Of a DNA stretch of 60,141 nt, positions 54,740 through 60,141 are shown one piece after another (the first letter of the stretch is position 1; the number at the start of each line of letters is the position of its first letter). The stretch lies in IMG/VR virus record IMGVR_UViG_3300033076_000334, positions 1-60,141 of that record; one strand, 5' to 3'. The notes below the pieces were generated by a model, which ran no database searches, was not told the DNA's origin, and worked only from the letters and a program-made list of their open reading frames with translations. The DNA comes from a virus. Its lineage: Duplodnaviria > Caudoviricetes. The translations under genes were made by a program, and so were the position numbers.

Positions 54740-57201
54740 CTATTCTCCTCTTTCTTAGTGTTTTGCTTCGCATGTTGCCTGTTCTCACGAGCAAGGGCCA
54801 TTTGGTCCTTAGCTTTAGCTAGGTCAACAGTAATTCTTGCCCCATCCATATGCTGTCTAGCAGCTAGCTGAGCCTTATCGTTTTGGGCTTTTAAGCTAGC
54901 GTTCATACCAGCAATACGTTCCTGAGATGCAATTCGTTCCTTCTCAATCTCAAGCTGGTCAGCCTTAGCAGCAGCATCAGCAATAAGTTTGCGTTCCTTA
55001 ATACTGATGTCTTTACCTTTGAGCTGTAGCTCTTGAGCTTGTAACTGGATGAGTGGGTCTTGCGCCTGTTGTTGGGCTTGTTGCTGTGCAGCCTCTTGCT
55101 GGTGTTGACCAAGCAATTGCTGTGATGCTTGAGCTGCCAACTGAGCCACACGGTCTGCCACTTCTGGAGACATGAGTGGTGGGTCTTCGCCTTCTTCTAC
55201 TACAGGCAACGGCATACCCATCGCTTGTTCTACTTGACGACGATACTCAAAGCCAACGTGCTCATTGACGTGTGCCAACATAGCTGCTTGAAGGGCTTGA
55301 GCCATCTGTGGGTTTTGACCCAAAATAGCTTGAACCTTCGGATCTTGCATCGCAGACATATGGACTGCAATATGGGCAGCGTGATTCTGCTCAATGAACG
55401 CCTTGACCGGTTTGTTCTTGAGAATGTTTTGATTCTCAGTTACAGGGTCAACTGGCTTCATATCATCTTCCATTGGAATCAGCTTTGTTGCGTTCTTAAC
55501 TCCGAGTACTTCAACCATTTGACGGTGGAGTAATGGTAAGTTATAGAGCTGCGGCGCAGTCTGAGCCAACTGTAAGACAGCTTGGTACTGGACAATCTTC
55601 TGCGCCATCGTAGCCGCATTAGGATCAGAGACGGGGATAACATCAACCGCATCATAGTCGCTCTTCTTCGCCCAACGGGAACCCTCTTCCGGTTCATAGG
55701 TGTATTCCTCAGGTGTGTAGTCGGCAATAATATGCTTGAGTAACTTAAACTCAGTCTTCATCGCATAGTGCAGACGAGCCTGAACTGCAGACATTACCTT
55801 GAGTGTGCGCTCAAGAATTGCCAATGTTGTACCAACCGGAGCGTTAGCTGACATGTCACTGATCTTAGTGTCGCCCGCAGTTGCGAACGCACGACCTTCA
55901 GCGATGATCTGACCTAGTAACTGGAACAGAGTCTGGCTTGGCTCTTTGTATGGGAGGGGTAGAATATTGTCCTTAATAGAACCCGACGGTACATCGACGT
56001 CTCTGAACTCTCCTGGTGCGATGGGGGTGTCGTCGCCTTTGACTCTGAGACCACGGGACTTAAGTCCTCCGGGAAGGTTAGCCAAAGTACCAGCATCAAC
56101 AAGCTGGCGAATAATGCTAGTCGCACTACGTGCGTAGCCACCAATGAGGTGAATGAGACCATAGCCATAGAAGCCAAATCCTGGAATATATTGATAATGA
56201 ACAAAGTGGTTACGCTTTAACTTAAGCGCATCTTCCTCGTACCAGTTACGGCGAATAGAGAGAACAGTGTTTGTACCCTTCTCAATAGTCACCACATACG
56301 GCAACGCAATATCATCTTCATCTTCGAAGCCAGGCATCTGGTAGTTGATGTGCATCTCCAGGATGCGGAAGCGGTCATCGCTAGTCGCAGTGTAGCCGTT
56401 GTCTTCTGCTTTTTTCTTCTCGATGTCATCGAGGACCATGACTGGATCACCTAACTCAACGTCACGGTAAAACCCAGCTGCTTGTAACTTCTTAATCTCA
56501 TTCTTGGTTTTCCGCATCACGTGGGTTACACGATCTGCGGTTTCCAAGTTAGCTGCGCCGTAAGGGACGATCATGTCTTCGGCTGGGATAAACATTGCTA
56601 CTTGACGACCCAACGATGGGTCATAGTAGACTTTCTTGAACGCTGAACCAGCTAGTGGCAACGCCCATAGTAATTTCTCATGCTCAGGACGGTACTCAGT
56701 CATTGTATCAGTGAGCTTGTAATTCATGTCTTGTTCAACACGAATTGCAGAATTTTTCTTCTCTGGTGTTTCTTTACCAATAATTTGAGTACGTACGGGA
56801 CCTGCTGCAGGGAATGTCTCCATAATTGCTTCGGACTGGAAGCGTACTACTGACTCAGTCAACATTGGGTGGAACACACCACAAGCGCCTTCCCATGGTT
56901 CGGTGCGCTCATCTAACTTCAAGCCAAGTAACTTTAGACCTTCTACATAAGTGTCAACCCAGTCTTTACGAGCAGCAACGTCTGCCTCAAACAAAGCGGT
57001 CAACTCACTAGCCAATTCTTGGAGGTGTCCCTCGGACATACCCTCGGCTAGGTTTTCTTCAAATTCTTCGTCGCTCTCTTCTTCCTCAATATCAAGAGCT
57101 GCCATCTCAGGATCTTCAATATCAATCTCGATCTCTGGCATATCCGCCGCTTCTTCGTCAATCCCAGTTGGGGCTGCGTATAAACCTTTTTCAATTCCCA
57201 T
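54736..57201 (-). CDS. Portal protein
   Basis: 821 aa after the terminase; ENLAE, PW.GA..V.HP, GSAFKKVY.D, GFYG.GL.H, DAGTL.NLP, Gln-rich barrel. Confidence 0.9.
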   Translation of the reverse strand: MGIEKGLYAAPTGIDEEAADMPEIEIDIEDPEMAALDIEEEESDEEFEENLAEGMSEGHLQELASELTALFEADVAARKDWVDTYVEGLKLLGLKLDERTEPWEGACGVFHPMLTESVVRFQSEAIMETFPAAGPVRTQIIGKETPEKKNSAIRVEQDMNYKLTDTMTEYRPEHEKLLWALPLAGSAFKKVYYDPSLGRQVAMFIPAEDMIVPYGAANLETADRVTHVMRKTKNEIKKLQAAGFYRDVELGDPVMVLDDIEKKKAEDNGYTATSDDRFRILEMHINYQMPGFEDEDDIALPYVVTIEKGTNTVLSIRRNWYEEDALKLKRNHFVHYQYIPGFGFYGYGLIHLIGGYARSATSIIRQLVDAGTLANLPGGLKSRGLRVKGDDTPIAPGEFRDVDVPSGSIKDNILPLPYKEPSQTLFQLLGQIIAEGRAFATAGDTKISDMSANAPVGTTLAILERTLKVMSAVQARLHYAMKTEFKLLKHIIADYTPEEYTYEPEEGSRWAKKSDYDAVDVIPVSDPNAATMAQKIVQYQAVLQLAQTAPQLYNLPLLHRQMVEVLGVKNATKLIPMEDDMKPVDPVTENQNILKNKPVKAFIEQNHAAHIAVHMSAMQDPKVQAILGQNPQMAQALQAAMLAHVNEHVGFEYRRQVEQAMGMPLPVVEEGEDPPLMSPEVADRVAQLAAQASQQLLGQHQQEAAQQQAQQQAQDPLIQLQAQELQLKGKDISIKERKLIADAAAKADQLEIEKERIASQERIAGMNASLKAQNDKAQLAARQHMDGARITVDLAKAKDQMALARENRQHAKQNTKKEENR

Positions 57202-57208
57202 AGTTCAC

Positions 57209-57466
57209 CTATTTCTTTAATGTTGCTCTGTTCGTTTTCTTGCTGTATGTGTAGTCTTCAGGTGAATGTTTCCCGCTGCTGGCTTTTGCTGCTCTATCTT
57301 TAGCCCGACCACTAGCACCCAACTTTTGTCGCTCTTTACCTTTTTCGGTTAGCTTGCCGTCTTTTAAAATCCCAAATTGGGTTAGCCTACCAATAGCTAC
57401 CGCTTTGGCATTTTTTACACCTTTGGAACCTAATTGGTTCGTTAACCGTTTTACAATACTAGACAC
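57209..57466 (-). CDS. Small basic hypothetical protein
   Basis: RL..QL, LT.KG..R, RAKDRAAK, Y.Y...TNRATLK. Confidence 0.7.
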   Translation of the reverse strand: MSSIVKRLTNQLGSKGVKNAKAVAIGRLTQFGILKDGKLTEKGKERQKLGASGRAKDRAAKASSGKHSPEDYTYSKKTNRATLKK

Positions 57467-57478
57467 TACAATAGTTCC

Positions 57479-57727
57479 TTATTTAGCCCAGACCTGTGTA
57501 TGTTTACCATTTGGGTCTGTTATGTACTGCTCAAAATATGTGCGTCTTGTTTCTACTTTTGTAATCATGTGTGAGTCCCACCCAAGATCCCATTCTTTTT
57601 TAAATGCTTCAAGCTGTTCTGGTGTTGGCGGTTGCGCAGGCCCCATGCTTTTACACAGTTCTGCCTGCTTTTTAAGGTTCTTTTTTACCTTACGGCTTAG
57701 TTTCCACCAATAAAGCCACTTAAACAT
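57479..57727 (-). CDS. Hypothetical protein (start MFKWLY inferred)
   Basis: Start overlaps the terminase stop. Confidence 0.6.
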   Translation of the reverse strand: MFKWLYWWKLSRKVKKNLKKQAELCKSMGPAQPPTPEQLEAFKKEWDLGWDSHMITKVETRRTYFEQYITDPNGKHTQVWAK

Positions 57728-59258
57728 TATAGTACCCCGCATGCCTACTAGACTTAAAATATTTAATATCTTCCGGTTCATCGCTGGGCAACCGTAAAAA
57801 CCCACCTTGCCTAAACCGCATTAATGCCAAAGTCATTGAGTCTACTAAGTCGTCATGTTCGCCTGATGGAAACGCAGCAACCTCATCAACCAGTTCTTCC
57901 GCCCAACGTGTAGCCGGTGCCCATACTTTACCAGATGCGAAGATATCTGCGACACTATTTAGCCTAGAAATTTTATCCTGCCCTTTGCCTGGTGAATACT
58001 CCGATACTGGAATACCCATCCGACGTAGCTCTTGGATCAGGGGTGCACCCGCCGCCTTTTTCTCAATGAGGAAAGCATCCGGTTCATAATCCATGTAGTG
58101 TTCGAACGCTTTTGCCTTGAGTTCCGGGAACTCCATGCGCTCTTTAAAGGCAGATAAGAGAATGATGTTCGGAAGGTTGTGGTCTGTTTCGTCATAGAAA
58201 ACACCCCAAGTTGTGCACGCCGAGTAATCGTTAACGGTTTTTTTCTCATGCGCAGTATCCCACGCCTGGATGGTAAATTCACACTGCGGCGGATTTTCAC
58301 TGTCCCATACCTTCCACCATTCTCGTTTAATGATCGCCGAGCTATCTGAGGTCGGCTCCTGCATATACTGCGCCATCCATTTGCTGTTAGGCAACTCGGT
58401 ACGCAGCGCTTCTAATTCTTTGAGGCTCCAAAACTCGGGCCACAGTGGTTTGCCACTAGGTAGTATGGCTGGGAACTGGATCACCCGCCACTCATCACCA
58501 CCCCGCTTAGCTGCCGCCTTCATCACCTGGGCAGTCAGATCTCGTAGCGACCAACGTGTCATCACAATGACAATCGCACCCCCTGGCTGGAGACGCTGAC
58601 GTGGACCCGATGTATACCACTCATAGGTCTTGTCATAAATTTCTGGGTTAAATGCTGCGAGTGCAGCTTCCTGTTCGGAGTGTGGATCGTCAATGATGAG
58701 AATATCAGCACCTTTACCAGTAACAGCACCACCCACACCAATAGCGAAATAGTCACCGCCAAAATTAGTATTCCAACGACCTGCCGCTTTGGAGTCGCTT
58801 TGTAGTTCAATGGTAGGAAACATTCTTTTATACGCATCAGAATCAACCAAGTTCCTGACTTTACGTCCAAAGCCCACCGCCAGCTCCGCCGTATGCGAAG
58901 TTTGAATGACTTTCTTGTTGGGGAATTTTCCGAGGAACCAAGCAGGTAACAAATAAGAAGCAAACTCAGACTTTGTGTGCCGAGGAGGCATATTAATAAT
59001 AAGGCGTTTACATTTTCCATTGGCAACATCCTCAAACGCTCGGGCCATCTTCTCATGATGTCGCCCATGAATAAAATCAGGCCATACTTGGCCCACGAAC
59101 GCCATAAAATCTGTCTGGCATTTCTCTCGTTCTTCCCTAGTCTCTAGTTCGCTCAGAATTTCTATAATTTCTGCAGCTTCTTCCTTGGGCAACGAGTCTA
59201 AAAACGCCTGGCGTTCCTCTTTTGGTAGCGATTTAAAAAATTCTAAGACGTCAGTCAT
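57720..59258 (-). CDS. terL: Terminase large subunit
   Basis: INMPPRHTKS, LIIDDP, VMTRW, YMQEP, WDTA, IEKKAAG, HDDLVDS. Confidence 0.95.
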   Translation of the reverse strand: MTDVLEFFKSLPKEERQAFLDSLPKEEAAEIIEILSELETREEREKCQTDFMAFVGQVWPDFIHGRHHEKMARAFEDVANGKCKRLIINMPPRHTKSEFASYLLPAWFLGKFPNKKVIQTSHTAELAVGFGRKVRNLVDSDAYKRMFPTIELQSDSKAAGRWNTNFGGDYFAIGVGGAVTGKGADILIIDDPHSEQEAALAAFNPEIYDKTYEWYTSGPRQRLQPGGAIVIVMTRWSLRDLTAQVMKAAAKRGGDEWRVIQFPAILPSGKPLWPEFWSLKELEALRTELPNSKWMAQYMQEPTSDSSAIIKREWWKVWDSENPPQCEFTIQAWDTAHEKKTVNDYSACTTWGVFYDETDHNLPNIILLSAFKERMEFPELKAKAFEHYMDYEPDAFLIEKKAAGAPLIQELRRMGIPVSEYSPGKGQDKISRLNSVADIFASGKVWAPATRWAEELVDEVAAFPSGEHDDLVDSMTLALMRFRQGGFLRLPSDEPEDIKYFKSSRHAGYYNV

Positions 59259-59889
59259 CTAAATCCACGTCTTCTTCTACTGGTTTAGCTTTATTTCGAC
59301 CTAATTCTTCGTCCAAATCAATCACAACCGCTTTTTTCTTCTTGTTTTCGACTGTTTTTACCTCTTCCACGTCGCCCATATAGCGAGATAGCTTCTTCAT
59401 CAGCTCTTCTTTTAGCTCATCTGTAGATTTTGTATTGACTGAAACCTCTAGTTTGTCCGCAAACATGCCTAACTGGCTCAATCTACCCAAACTTTCTAGT
59501 GCACGCAGCCTGTCACCAGCCTTTTCGCCTAGCGCAGTAGGGTCTGACTCTTCTATAAGACGTGTTGTGACGTAGGTTTTGAGTTTGATCGTGTCTTCAA
59601 TGACATCATTTTGGTATTTGTCGATGAGTCCCTTGAGCCAACTTGCAGTTTCCACATTAAATGGACGGCGCTTGGCGTCTGGGCTACCTGTAAATTGCTT
59701 AACTGCTTCCCGTGCACCACGTTCTACTTGCTTACGGTACACACTTGGGTCGGGATCCCACCCATTGGCTACTAAAAATTCTGCAGTATTAAATGCCGCT
59801 TGGGCACGGCTTAGCAAATCCGCTATTTCTTCGGGTTCGAAGTTAGTCGGTATAGGGAACAGCTTTTCAGGTGTCGCAATAATTGTCAT
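59251..59889 (-). CDS. Probable terminase small subunit (start MTIIATP inferred)
   Basis: Immediately upstream of terL; RLRALE.LG...GMF.DK.EV. Confidence 0.6.
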   Translation of the reverse strand: MTIIATPEKLFPIPTNFEPEEIADLLSRAQAAFNTAEFLVANGWDPDPSVYRKQVERGAREAVKQFTGSPDAKRRPFNVETASWLKGLIDKYQNDVIEDTIKLKTYVTTRLIEESDPTALGEKAGDRLRALESLGRLSQLGMFADKLEVSVNTKSTDELKEELMKKLSRYMGDVEEVKTVENKKKKAVVIDLDEELGRNKAKPVEEDVDLDD

Positions 59890-59913
59890 AAGAGGAAAGT
59901 TGGCACTCCTAGT

Positions 59914-59949
59914 TACTGCGAAGTGTAACACAAATAATTGGGGGCGCAA
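59914..59949 (-). promoter_or_regulatory. Possible promoter of the packaging/structural operon
   Basis: Minus strand TTGCGC-16 bp-TACACT with extended -10 TG. Confidence 0.45.
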
Positions 59950-59958
59950 GGCCCCCGT
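59933..59958 (-). terminator. GC hairpin after a small ORF
   Basis: Minus strand GGGGGC-CTTGC-GCCCCC then AATTATTT. Confidence 0.5.
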
Positions 59959-59961
59959 GTA

Positions 59962-60084
59962 TTACTTCGTTTTTTGGAACTGCTTGAGACTAGAAATAAT
60001 TGCCTCGATCCAAAACTCATTCACTTGCTTTACTTGCTTAGTGAGGTCTTCCCACTTTTTGTATTGCTCTTCAAAACTAAACAT
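59962..60084 (-). CDS. Small helical protein (40 aa, not in the ORF track)
   Basis: MFSFEEQYKKWEDLTKQVKQVNEFWIEAIISSLKQFQKTK with AAAGGA RBS. Confidence 0.6.
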   Translation of the reverse strand: MFSFEEQYKKWEDLTKQVKQVNEFWIEAIISSLKQFQKTK

Positions 60085-60141
60085 AATGTTTCCTTTGTGT
60101 TGGTTGTTACTAGACAGTTTTTAGTTTGTCTAGTATTTGTT

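Larger units (their letters stand above)
1..60141. mobile_element. Tailed dsDNA bacteriophage genome (podovirus-like), near complete
   Basis: Terminase, portal, capsid, nozzle, ejection proteins, endolysin and PolA replication module in two convergent arms; no host housekeeping genes. Confidence 0.97.

Noticed and set aside
57479-57727. Second capsid mimic (QLEAFKKEWDLG versus capsid QLLKELLPG)
   Set aside because: Too few identities and needs a gap; indistinguishable from chance by eye

Overview
The window is most of a tailed dsDNA phage genome with podovirus-type architecture. The + strand arm (1-19.9 kb) carries early and replication genes: many small ORFs, VRR-NUC, three glycosyltransferase-type genes plus a radical SAM enzyme, a family A DNA polymerase (Leu762 type), a PD-(D/E)XK exonuclease, an SNF2 helicase, a probable SSB and a primase/DUF927 helicase. 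The converging - strand arm (60-20 kb) carries terminase, portal, GroES, scaffold, major capsid, small basic head proteins, adaptors, Gly-rich fibres, a lysis cassette with a GH19 endolysin, the nozzle and ejection proteins. I saw no integrase, RNA polymerase, tRNA, CRISPR array or reverse transcriptase. A betaproteobacterial host is only weakly inferred. Most notable observations: (1) an early ORF carries a 24-aa copy of a major-capsid helix, a possible capsid mimic or decoy; (2) a glycosylation enzyme set co-occurs with Asn/N-X-S/T-rich outer virion proteins, suggesting a glycan-coated virion; (3) a hydrophobic-x-x-G-G motif recurs in many internal virion proteins alongside a possible cognate domain; (4) several structured intergenic RNAs, including a double-pseudoknot leader and an anti-SD sRNA candidate. 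All calls are by eye from sequence motifs and synteny; no searches were run.
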